From the NCBI GenBank assembly GCA_002269645.1, contig NIVC01003218.1:46356-110355 (forward strand): 64,000 bases of DNA. Direction: 5' to 3'. The notes below the pieces were generated by a model that did not search any database, was not told where the DNA came from, and worked only from the letters and a program-made list of their open reading frames with translations. Position numbers and translations under genes: made by a program. Below are positions 16,620 to 28,600 of this stretch, piece by piece. How positions within the stretch are numbered: position 1 is the first letter of the stretch; the number at the start of each line of letters is the position of its first letter. This DNA comes from Macrostomum lignano. Its lineage: Eukaryota.

Positions 16620-16949
16620 TCAACTGCTGTTGCAGCCGTCCGTGGCGCAGACGCGAATGCTCTTGAGTTCGTACCAGCTCCACATGTCCTCCATGGGCGG
16701 CTCGATGGACTCAACGCAGGCCCGGAGCACCTGGCCGCGCGTCACGGGCCAGTCGAACAGCTCGCGGATCGCTCGTTCCCCGGTGCCCGTTAGGCGGCCC
16801 CGGAAGCAGAAGTCGGAGCCGGAGTCGCAGGTCTTGTACTCGTGAGTCCAGGCGCCATCCGCTGTGGCTGGCGGCTGGCTCACCTGGCACCTTCGCGCTC
16901 CGGCGATGGTTGCTAGGGCCAGGAGGCACAGCAGGTGCACTGTCTGCAT
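16620..16949 (-). CDS. Small secreted Ly6/uPAR (three-finger)-like protein, 109 aa
   Basis: Signal-peptide-like MQTVHLLCLLALATIAGA; C-terminal C-A-T-D-G-C-N signature; 6 Cys in the mature part; no GPI tail. Likely 5'UTR intron 17484-16953 (CAG|GTAAGC donor, ctaatgcag acceptor); AATAAA at 16418-16413. Confidence 0.72.
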   Translation of the reverse strand: MQTVHLLCLLALATIAGARRCQVSQPPATADGAWTHEYKTCDSGSDFCFRGRLTGTGERAIRELFDWPVTRGQVLRACVESIEPPMEDMWSWYELKSIRVCATDGCNSS

Positions 16950-17574
16950 GGACTGCATTAGAAATCGAATGCTCTGATTGAGTTGGGCTTGCGTGAAGCG
17001 GTCGGAGATGCCCGTGATGGCCTTTGGCTGACTCGGCTGCAATTCCAATGGAGAAATGCCGTATTTAGCCGGCCCCGACAGCGAACCCCGCCCGGCGACC
17101 AATCAAATCTGCTGTTGTCCAAAACGGAACAAAATTTAAGGAAAAAAAGAAATTCTCATGCGACTCCACCCGACCCCCCCCCCCCCTACTGACAGCGGGC
17201 GCTTCAGTTGCATCGATTTCCGTCGGAGAGAATTTTCACAATTGACTCGTTTGCGAGGGAGACTCTGTTAAAGGCAACGGGGGGGATTTTCAATCGATGG
17301 AGCCCGGCAGAAGCGGAAGCTGCGAAGCGTAAAATCCCCCCCCCCTGCTGATGCCAATCGCAAAATTTTATTTCGGAACTCTTGAGCTGGTTTTGAAGGC
17401 TGCCCAACCTGGAACAACGTTGATCTGCGCGTTGATTCGGCGACACAAACTTGAGGATTAGCAACTTCCCCCCCCCCGGCTTACCTGGCGGTTGCTGGGC
17501 GGTTGTCAAGCGCGCACTCCCTGGGTTATTTGGAGCGGGTAGGCTCGGAGAGAGTGAGAAAGCAGCGAGCGAGT

Positions 17575-17613
17575 GAGTGGGAGCCTGAGAAGTCGCGGGC
17601 AGGGACTTAAATA
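17575..17613 (-). promoter_or_regulatory. Putative TATA + Inr core promoter of the Ly6-like gene
   Basis: TATTTAAG at 17613-17606 and a CCACTCACTC initiator-like sequence about 30 nt downstream, upstream of the strong donor at 17484. Confidence 0.4.
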
Positions 17614-18199
17614 GAAGGCTTTGACCAGGGAGTTTTGGACGCAGCATCTGGTGCGGGAGGACCGATCCTGATTTTGCAGAAAGTTACCGAAGAATCAAAT
17701 TATTTAAAGCAGAGCTGATGCCGTTACAAGGTAGAAAATGTTGCTCGAATCGAGTGTAGCTCACTAGAAAGGATAAAAAGTTTTTGTTTCACTTGGCTAA
17801 AGTGGATAAATGCAGTCTTCTTCACAGGAAACTTCTGGTGGGTCTCTTTGACTTTTCTACACCTCTCTCATCTGGTATTACAGGACAAATCCTTCGGACC
17901 GAAGGACTCGGACTATACAGTTTTAAAGTAAATCGATAGTTTTATTGCAAATGAGGAAAGCATAAATATTGGCCTACTGTTTCTAGGAAAAAAGGGCCCA
18001 GTTTCCAGTCCAGATTTCTAACTTAAGACGTCCCTGGCCCAACTATCCCAAGGACGACCCCGTCGGGCAGTCATTGGATTGAACTTCGGGGCCAAAAATA
18101 GCTTCAGCTCTCTTCTGCTCTGATAAACTCTGTCCCAAAGGGGCTCGGGAGCCAGGGAGACTCAAACCCAGAGACTGGGGTGGCAACTCCTCCAGCGAA

Positions 18200-18295
18200 A
18201 CCCTGACTGCAGTTTTTCAGTCCACACCCTCAGCACGTGCACCCTCTCTGCCTTGGGGGTTGGCCCTCATGGCTGTGAATCGCACAACCCTCGGG
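18200..18295 (+). mobile_element. Dispersed repeat family, copy a
   Basis: Shares TGCCTTGGG(G/A)G(T/C)TGGCCCTCATGGCTGTGAAT with 29280-29400; related to 49425-49550 (-). Confidence 0.6.
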
Positions 18296-19101
18296 CGAAT
18301 CGAAGCACTACGCTGAGCAACTGCTTTCTATATCAGTTTGGGGATGTTTTTCATATTTCACATAACAATCAAGCAATTCCTAACAATAGACAGCTAGTTG
18401 GCTTTGATAGAATTTGTTGACACAACAGAGAAATACTTTGCAGTTCTGCACTCGAAGTTCTTGACAATGAGGCTTCGGAGCAGTTGGCACTCCAGACTCT
18501 GTCTCGGGGCCTCCTTGATCCAGCCGCTGGTCCCTCCTTATAAATCTCTACCTATCCCGGCTCAAAAATTGCTGGGCCCCGGTGCGCGCTGCTCGCCACG
18601 CTTCACCGTTCCTGATATTTATTACAATTACTGTAATTATAGATACCGGCATCGGCATCTTCAACCAGCGGGTCCTCAGCGGCAGCCCCCAGCATCAAGG
18701 GACCGAAAGACAGATGAGCCAGTCCGCTTGAGGAATCTTGGGCCTACAACATTTTCTAACTTTCGATAGTCATCCAGAGTCTCGGAGCAACGGGTGGATA
18801 TGATGGAGCATCGTGGTTTTTTTAAGTCGAACTGAGATCTTGGGTATTTCAACTGCCAGTCATTCAGGTTTCTAAGGGCTACTGCAATTTATATACCAAG
18901 TCACGAATGTTCTATAGTAGTCTACTCTATATAAATTTAAGAAATAAGTCCAACAGTTATTTTGTTTAATTTTATAGTTTGAGCAATTAGAGATTAAAGG
19001 ACTCAAATGGAATGCAAATGAGGCATTGGAAAAGCATAAGAAGACTGCCAGTGGCATTTTGAGCTTTTGTGGTATTCGTGCTCATCAGCAATCATTCAGT
19101 A

Positions 19102-19572
19102 CTCTCCTCTCCCCTCCTCTCCCCTCCTCTCCTCTCCTCTCCTCTCCTCTCCTCTCCTCTCCCCTCCTCTCCCTTCCTCTCCCCTCTTCTCCCTCCTCTC
19201 CCCTTCTCTCCCCTCCTCTCCTCCTCCTCTCCTCTCCTCTCCTCTCCTCTCCTCCTCCCCTCCTCTCCTCTCCTCTCCCCTCCTCTCCTCTCCTCCTCTC
19301 CCTCCTCTCCTCCTCTCTCTCTCCTCTCCTCTCCTCTCCTCTCCTCTCCTCTCCTCTCCTCTCCTCTCCTCCTCTCCCCTCCTCTCCTCTCCTCTCCTCT
19401 CCTCTCTCTCCCTCCTCTCCCCTCCTCTCCTCTCCTCTCCTCTCCTCTCTCTCTCCTCTCCCCTCCTCTCCCTCCTCTCCTCTCCTCTCCTCTCTCTCCT
19501 CTCTCTCCTCTCTCTCCTCTCCTCTCCTCTCCTCTCTCTCCTCTCCTCTCTCTCCTCTCCTCTCCTCTCCTC
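19102..19572. repeat. (CTCCT)n-like pyrimidine microsatellite
   Basis: About 470 bp containing only C and T. Confidence 0.97.
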
Positions 19573-20138
19573 TGAAAAATTTAGAAATTTTTAAAAACTC
19601 AGAATCGACAAACGATTCCAATCGGTTACTAAAAGTAGGCAGTCGAGATCAGGACATTGAAGGACGCTGAACTATGTCGGAGTCAAAAAAGATTAATAGG
19701 AGAAAAGAAAATAGATTGGCTCCCAAAGGCCAGGGAGTGACAAGATTGAGCAGAGGTGGCGACCGGAGTTAGGGGAGAGCAGATTCAGTTGAGCATAGCA
19801 CTGGCTGCGGAGCAGGATGACAGATGGGAGAGACAGAGGCAGGCAGAAAAAGAATTGGCCTCGCGAATGTAAGGAGGCGCTCCCCAAGCGTTGCTATTAG
19901 CAACTGGGAGGCGAAAAAAGATAGAAATGTTTTTGCCAAGGATTCTGCTAAGTAGCAGCCGCGTGGAACTCCATCCAGCTGCTGCCCCTTGAAGTTAACT
20001 TTTTAAACTTTTAGTTCTGAATCCCTCTGCTGCCTAGTGGCTCACACCGGTCCCCACAAGTCAGATATATTGAAGATAGTAAGGCCGAACGACTTTATGC
20101 CGGCTGCGGCTGAACCTTGTCGGCTGTCGGATTGACTG

Positions 20139-20363
20139 ATGTACCGGCGAATGTTCTCGGTGAGCTCTAGCGAGAGCCAGCAGCCGCAGCAGCAGCAGCC
20201 TCCCGAGCCTGCCAGCAGCGAAATCCGCGTTGCCGAAATTCGCGAAGCTTCGAAAGCATCGGAAGGGTCGGAGATCGAGTCGCCGGAGCCGGATGACCTG
20301 CGGCACATTCTAAGGCGGCGGGACCAGCTGAGGGCAGAGCGGCGGCGGAGGGCGGCTGCGCAG
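20139..20363 (+). CDS. Candidate upstream (first) coding exon, possibly of the DCX-EML gene
   Basis: GC-rich ORF MYRRMFSVSSSESQQPQ...RRRRAAAQ ending at CAG|GTGACC (phase 0). The phase does not match the 22591 exon directly, so the link is uncertain. Confidence 0.45.
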
Positions 20364-20384
20364 GTGACCGGTGAGGATGGAGAT

Positions 20385-20892
20385 AAGGATGGAGATGGGA
20401 TGGAGATTGGGCTGGAGATGGGGCTGGAGATCGAGATGGGGATGGAGATGAGGCTGGAGATCGAGATGGTGATGGAGATGAGGCTGGAGATCGAGATGGG
20501 GATGGAGATGGGGCTGGAGATCGAGATGGGGATGGAGATGAGGCTGGAGATCGAGATGGGGATGGAGATGAGGCTGGAGATGGAGATGGAGATGGGGCTG
20601 GAGATGGGATGAAGATGGGGATAGAGTTGGAGCTAGAGATGAGAGGATGGAGATGGGGATGGAGTTGGAGCTGGAGATGAGAGGATGGAGATAGAGATGG
20701 AGCTTGAGATGGGGACGGAGATGGAGATGGGGATGAAGTTGGAGCTGGAGATGAGAGGATGGAGATGGGGATGGAGTTGGAGCTGGAGATGAGAGGATGG
20801 AGATGGGGATGGAGATGGAGCTTGAGATGGGGATGAAGATGGCTATGGAGATGGCGATGGAGATAGGGATGGAGATGGCGATGGATATGGGG
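20385..20892. repeat. GGAGAT-based purine-rich tandem repeat
   Basis: Degenerate 6/30-bp periodicity immediately after the 20364 donor. Confidence 0.9.
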
Positions 20893-21359
20893 CTAGTGTC
20901 GCACCTGAGGAACTATAAGGGTGAATCTTCTGGGGGATTGAAGAGTCAAACTAACTTCTGTCTGTGAACCTTTTTTAGTCATTCTATTCGGCAGTTGCTA
21001 TGCAGACTTAGCAAAAATGTGCAGATAATGTGCAGATAATGTGCATACAATGTATAAAACCTGCATAGGTTGCAAGCATCAGGATGGGAACTAACACATG
21101 CCAATATTGGCCCGAGATCCTCACTCTGTAGGGAATGCATCCGCGTAAAAAGTAGGAAATGTTAGCAAATTGTAAAACAGAGAGACTGACACCAGAGCCT
21201 CGCGCGGTTCCTTTCCATTGTTTCACCGTGTGAGAGAGCCTGCCATCCACTGGGATGAGGAGGCTGCCACCGCAGTGCTTGAAATGAAGAAACGTACTTT
21301 TACGAGTTATGTTTGATGGGGAAGCAATTTTTTGACTGGAAAATAACTAAGAGACTGAC

Positions 21360-22187
21360 TGAGGCTATGGTTATGCAATGGAGCTACTGGATATGAGGCT
21401 ATGGCTTAGCAATGGAGCTACTGGATATGAGGCTATGGCTAAGCAATGGAGCTACTGGATATGAAACTATGGCTAAGCAATGGAGCTACTGGATATGAGG
21501 CTATGGCAAAGCAATGGAGCTAGTGGATATGAGGCTATGACTAAGCAATGGAGCTAGTGGATGAGACTTATGGCTAAGCAATGGAGCTAGTGGATGAGAC
21601 TAATGGCTAAGCAATGGAGCTAGTGGATGAGACTAATGGCTAAGCAATGGAGCTACTGGATATGAGGCTATGGCAAAGCAATGGAGCTAGTGGATATGAG
21701 GCTATGACTAAGCAATGGAGCTAGTGGATGAGACTTATGGCTAAGCAATGGAGCTAGTGGATGAGACTAATGGCTAAGCAATGGAGCTAGTGGATGAGAC
21801 TAATGGCTAAGCAATGGAGCTAGTGGATGAGGCTAATGGCTAAGCAATGGAGCTAGTGGATGAGACTAATGGCTAAGCAATGGAGCTACTGGATATGAGG
21901 CTATGGCAAAGCAATGGAGCTAGTGGATATGAGGCTATGACTAAGCAATGGAGCTAGTGGATGAGACTTATGGCTAAGCAATGGAGCTAGTGGATGAGAC
22001 TAATGGCTAAGCAATGGAGCTAGTGGATGAGACTAATGGCTAAGCAATGGAGCTAGTGGATGAGGCTAATGGCTAAGCAATGGAGCTAGTGGATGAGACT
22101 AATGGCTAAGCAATGGAGCTAGTGGATGAGACTAATGGCTAAGCAATGGAGCTAGTGGATATGAGGCTATGCCTAAGCAATGGAGCA
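21360..22187. repeat. 33/34-bp minisatellite (GAGACTAATGGCTAAGCAATGGAGCTAGTGGAT)
   Basis: About 24 units, with variant blocks duplicated in order. Confidence 0.95.
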
Positions 22188-22606
22188 ACTATTACAAAAT
22201 GCACATGTAATCTCATTTTGCCACAGACTGCTATTTCTGTACCGGTTTTTGAGTTGGTGCGGCAGGTTAGAACTTTTAGAGCAAGATGCTTGAGTAGCTC
22301 GTTAACATTTGGCCATCCGAGTGTGCGAGGTACAGGGAAGAACGGAAGGAACAGCGCGCAAAGGTTGGGGGGGCAGGCAGTTTCATTGTTCAAAGATGGT
22401 CCGAAGGCGAAGAATGGACACACAAGCTGTGGACGGGTAGGGTTGCAGTGGTCTACCCGCGAATGAGCAGTTCTCAAAACCCTGTGCTCACTCTCAGTCT
22501 CTAATACCATAAAATATTCGCAGTTTCTACTCAAGACAGAGCAAGGTAACAAGAATAAGCGTTGTTTTCCTCGGTACTCAAAACTCGTAGAGCTCCCTCG
22601 GTATCC

Positions 22607-25600
22607 ATGGCAACCAGCTATTGGGATTACAGGGACTCAGACTCTGAGAACTATTTCCCAGAGCCGATGTCGAACGAGCAGCGCTTGATACTGCCTGGTG
22701 AGTATAGACAGCCTGCGCGAACTCGCAACTTTCGAATCGCTCGTAAGGAAGTCTGTAACCAAGGGCTCTAAATAATAAAACTTTCTGTCAGTTCTTATCG
22801 GCTCTCATTTATTGATTTTTTATTTTCAACTTTTTGAGGTAATTCTTTGAAATACACATTAATAACTTAAGTTGAACTCTTTTTGAACTCCCTCAAACTC
22901 ACCTCGCATTCATTGTGAAATCTTATAAAACTCCTTAAACCCCAACTAGATACTTTTGAGGTCGCCTTGGAATCCCCTTTTCTTACCTTGGACTCACCTT
23001 GAACCCAGACATCTCAGGCCAGCCGACGGGACTCCACGTGGGCGCCAGACGGGGCCGTCTGGTCACATTCTTCCGCAACGGAGATCCGCACTACAAAGGC
23101 CTCAACGCGTCCATAAGTCAGAAGGCTTTCGTGTCCATGGAGTCGCTGCTGGGCTGGCTCGGGGAGAAAATACCAACAACATCCGGCGTGCGGCACATCC
23201 TCCGATTGCCGGACGGTCGCCCAGTCCGCGACGTCGCCGAGCTGCAGCCTGGCGGCCGGTACGCGGTGTCCAGCGTCCGGCGCCTCGTTCGTGGCATCGA
23301 CTACGGCGGCGATGGCGGCGTCTCTGGGGGAGTCAGCGGCGAGCGACCCTGGCTGCCGGAAGCTCGGGATCCTAGCTCGGTGGCTGGCCGGATGCGCCAG
23401 TCCGACATCCGCCTGCTGGCCAGGCGGGACAGCCGCCACAGCCAGCAGCTGCGGCAAAACCGGCGACAACCGACAGGAGCTTCGTCGTTGACTGAGCCGC
23501 AATCCAGCGGGCCTCGAGGCGTCCGGCTGATCACCGTGGTGAGCAATTCGCACCGCGGCTCGCGCGAGAAGGTGCTGCTCAATCCCGGTACCAGGCTGAC
23601 TTTTGAGGACCTTCTGGCAGACTTTGCCAGCCTGCTGATCATGTCGGGGCCTCCAGTGCGGGCTCTGTACACTGCCCTGCCCCCCTACCGCAGGGTGAGT
23701 GAATGCGGGAAGCAACAGTGCCGTCTGCTGCTTCGTTGACAACGCGAAGTAGTGTGCCATAGAATGTGTTGACAGCATGGAGTGTGCCATGGAATGTGTT
23801 GGCAGCATGTAATGTGACTTGGAATGTGTTGACAGCATGTAATGTGACTTGGAATGTGTTGACAGCATGTAATGTGACTTGGAATGTGTTGACAGCATGT
23901 AATGTGACTTGGAATGTGTTGGCAGCATGTAATGTGACTTGGAATGTGTTGGCAGCATGGCGCGCACATAGTCTCGTGTCGTAAGACAGACATGACAGCG
24001 TTGGTAGCATTGACTGTAAAAATCGACTCATGCGTTCATATGGATTCTAATATAGTTCAGCTAAGCTTAGACATGAATAAAATGCCTAAATTACCTGACA
24101 ATCCTTCCCTTTTCTTTGTAAATAAGGTGGAAAGCTTCTCTCAATTGTTCCGTGAGTTCAAGGACCACGACACCTTCATCGCCTGCGGTCGGGAGCTCAC
24201 GCCAGTGGAACTTCAGGCAGCCAGTCGGAGCAGCGACTTCTCACAGGACGCGAAGTCGCCAGCGAGGACGAATCCACAGAACGGCTGGCATCAGTCAGGT
24301 ACGAACTTTGCAGGGATTTGCAATAAGTACGAGCTAGCTACAGGTATCAGCTGATAATTACAGTTAATTACAGTCACAACAGACAGCCACACAGTTACAA
24401 TGCGATGATAGCTGTTAGTAAAATTAATGTTACAAATTGTGACCCTTGGTGTCGCAATATTTTGTGCTTTTTACAAACACGGTATGTACTGTACGTAAAA
24501 AACTTTTTTAAATGAAAGGTAACAAATCCCGGAACTTGAACTCAGATTGTACATTCTCCCTATTTTCGCAGGATAAACCATCCAGCTGATTGAGGCGGCG
24601 CAGAACAAATATTGTTGCTATATTTTAATATTATTTACGAGTATTATTTATACTGTGTGCACCTGCGCTGTTAATAAAGTGTCTGGTATTGAAGATGGTG
24701 ACTTGATATGATAGACTTCTAAAATCAAACTCGGCTTCGTTTCTTGCTCATTTTCATACCAAACGAAAATGCCATGATTTGCTAACATTTAGCCAACTCA
24801 CACTGAATCGAGCCTGACGAGAGTTTTGATTAACTTGTGCTAATAATCAAATTCTACTCACAATTCGTTTTGCAAGCTTCTAACAAAGTCGTTGTGTAAC
24901 AATTCAGTTAAACAAATTCGCTCAGATGCCTCTGCCGTCAGCTTTCATCGATCGAACAGCGACAGCCCCAATTTGCACCTGATGCTACCGGACTGTCCAA
25001 GACACTCGTCAGCCAACTCGACGGCAAAGAGCACCCGGTCTGGTCAGCTGCAACCAGTGCCAAGGCCCGACTTATCTCGAGCTCAATCGGTTGGCAAAGT
25101 GTCTAAAAATTCTCAGTCGGGTGAGCTGCAGCAACTGTATGGGTCCGGCACGTTGGAATGAAAGCCCCGCCATCTCAGGGTTGCTCCCGCTCATCCTCGC
25201 AGATCCTCAGTCTGGGCCATTGCCTCTCTTTGAGATCCTTAGGTTACATCGCCATTCTTAGATTTTTTGTCCAGCCAACTATCCAACAACTGATCACATC
25301 CGACACAAAAATTGCAGCGTCAGAATTTGGCTCACTTAGGAACGGAAGCAGTCCGACTCTGCACTGGCTACATGGCCCAGTTAATTCCCTGTCTGGCTGC
25401 CTTCAAGCTCTCCCAGATGGCTCGCTGGTATTCGCGGTAACCTCAGTGGCCGTCCTGCTCAGCCCCGACAGGCGGCGGCAAAGGCACTATACCGGACACA
25501 CCAGCAGCATTCTGTGGTAGGAGGCGCTTTTTGGATCATATTGTGATAAAAGGCTGATGCGTGCGCATGAATAGGCTGAATTTAGTTTCTGATTTTCCCT

Positions 25601-28600
25601 CTCAACCCAGTCTCGAGTGTCATACAAGCCGTCCAATCGTAGCCAGCGGTCAGCGCGTCAGGCAGTTGCCAGAACTGGACGAGGCCAACGACTTCAACGG
25701 AGCCAACAACATCCGCGTCTGGGATGCATCCAGCCTTGCCACGCTTGTTGTTCTCGGCGAAGAGCGTCTTGTCGCGACAGTGTCGCTCAACTTCTCTTCC
25801 GATGGGGAACTACTTCTGGCTGTTGAGAGCAGAAGCGACTCAAGCGAAGTCAACGATGGTGAAACTGTCGCCCGTCAATCGTTGGTGATTTACGACTGGC
25901 CGACAGGACTTACGCTGGCCCGAACAAAGACTGACGGCCGAAACGTTCGAAGAGCCGTCTTCAGACCGAGCATCAAAGCGGAGAGCGACATCGAGGACGA
26001 GAGCTTTGATGGCGAAGAAGTCTTCGACGGAGTGGCCTCAGTCGGCCGGGGTCATACGCACTTTTGGAGGCTTTTCGGCGGCGAGGCGCTGCTGCTTGAC
26101 ACAAAGAGCGGCGGTGGCTTCCCCTCGTCGAGTTTGTCATTGGCAGTGCAACCCCAGCTACTGTGCCTCACCTTCGACTTGGCTGGCAACGCCGTTGCCG
26201 GCGGCTCCGACGGACGTCTGCGAGTTTGGGCTCGAAGCAGCGATGACTCGTTCCAGCCGCAGGAGTTTGTGGCTCTGTCTGACCCGGCGCATTCGGTAGG
26301 ACAGGAGGGAAGAAACAATGGGAAAAATAGATTTCGCTGCGCAAAAACTCACGTATCACAACATCCTGCAGGGTCCTGTGACATGCCTGCAGGCCCTACC
26401 TGACGGCACTCTCGTATCCGCAGCTGGCAATTGTGTCCGAGTCTGGGACACTCTAAACGACTACAATCTGGTGAAGGAGACCATTGTGAGTGAAGCTTTG
26501 CAGTAACTGCAGTTGGTATTGATAGCCTAAAATGTAGCCTTGAAGTTAAAGAAACCAAAATAAAAAGTTAAAAAATACCTACCATAATCCCTGCCTTCAG
26601 CTGCATTCGCTGTCGCCGACCCTCTCAGCTTTGGTTTCGGTGGCTTCCCTTGGCTCCGATGGCCGCCTCGCTTTAAGCACCGCATCTGGCGACCTCCTCG
26701 AGGGTTCCCTAGTTGATGGCTTCGTCCGTCTGGCAGGGCGGGCCACACCGTTTCCGGCACAGTTGCCATAGCAACTCGTCCCGCAAGTTCAACCCGAGGC
26801 CGAGTAGAATGCGTCACAGTTGGCACGGATGGCTGCGCCTGTGGCTGGTCGCGTCGGCGTCGGCTTTGGCGCATACCAGCGCCTTTTCTACGACGACGTC
26901 AGAGGCTGCGCCGACAACTGTGGTGGTGGCATTGAAGTGCGTCAGCTGGCGGTCACCAGACGGTCAGCATCTAGCGGTGGGAGCTGCAAACGGGCAGATT
27001 TTGGTGCTGGACAGCGAGACAGGGCAGCTGACGTCTTCCTGCACGATCAGCGAGAGGCCTAGTGAGTTTTGTTTTGATGAAGTCACTTATGCGTAGGGTC
27101 GTAAAAAAATGACCCTCTATAAGCTACGACTACATTTGAATCAATATCTACGGTAAAATTGTAGATACTGGCGTTACAGCATTGTCTTTTAGTCCAGGTA
27201 AGAGATTTGATAATCGAAATTGTGGCTATAACTGTCTTTAAAGTATCATCCTCAAAAATAACAAATAACTCCCAGATGGAGCCACTCTGGCCGTCGGATG
27301 CCAGGACGGCAGTCTGCGCCTGTTGGGCACGGCCGACAAATTCTTCCCCAATGCACTTTCCAATGCGGCTGTCTCAGTGATCGCGGAGAGCCATGCGGCA
27401 CCCGTTCTCAGTCTGGACTGGTCTGCGACTGGCTGCCTGCTGCGGAGCCAGTGCCAGGATCTGCTGGTCAAACTTTGTAAGTGGATGTCAGACTTATCAA
27501 AATAAATAGAGCATCCAGTGGGGGAAGAAACACTTCACTAGAGGACAACTATATATAAAAAACTTAATATAAAAAATTCTTTCCGTATTGCTTCCTTGGC
27601 TGCTCCAACCTCAAATGAATGCAAGGTCTTTAACTATCAGATTAGCAGAAAGGTCGGATTATGACATTGATGTTTTTGCATGCTATTATCACCATCACCA
27701 TGCATAAACCTTCATCATTTCATGAGAGATCACCTACTAACGAGTAGCATAAATAGAATGTGAGGTGAAAAATGAAGTTGTTATCATTTATAGGTGTAGC
27801 ATAGAAAATAGAAATACGTTGCACACTGATTGTTAATTTGAATTGGGAACTGAGATATTGCAAGTTGGAATCTCACTACTGGACGCACATTTAAAAGCTT
27901 ATAAGCATCGCCGATAACGACACGCAGGGTCAGCGCCAGATCTGCATTCATGTTCGTCTAACGGAGGCAGCAATGGGACCTTCGCAAGCGAATCCCTTTG
28001 CTACACGACTGACAGGACATCAGAAGGTCAAACGGTCCGCTGCTCGGCGCTATCTGCGAATGGCCGCCTGCTAGGCTTGTGCAACGAAGCTGGGCAAGTG
28101 GAAATTTACACCTATCCGAGCCGCAAGTGATTTTCAATTGGTTTTTTAGCACCTTCTTTTACCAATAGTTCATCATGCGTGACAAAAAATTCGAGCTTAT
28201 CAGAACAGTTCGCTTCACAATAGGACTTTCTTACGAGTGCGCATTAGATTACATATCTCTCGTTTTGTAACTTATCGCAAAACCAAAGTATATGAAACAT
28301 CTTGTTGCATATTTCGTGTCTTGGCCTAATGGCCGACGGACGGAATGAAGAGCGGGCCCTTCCGCCAGAGACGTCCAGGTCCCAGCCCCAACCCTACCTG
28401 GCCCTGACTGACCCGGCGAGAGTTCGCCCTGGCCAATCGCCCCGGGACGAGAGTGCGAGAGTGCGCCGATCCCAGGTCCGTCACTCAATCCCAGGCAAAC
28501 TCAGGAGAAGAAAGAAGCACGAGCTCACCTCTGGCTTTCAATTCGAAAGACCGCGACCGAGCGGATAGTGTCTATTTAATAAAGTTTTAAACAACGAATG

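Noticed and set aside
21069-21127. 59-nt bridging exon that would join the 20139 exon to the 22591 exon in frame
   Set aside because: The donor (CT|GTAGGG) is weak and the peptide is unremarkable; it cannot be supported without transcripts.
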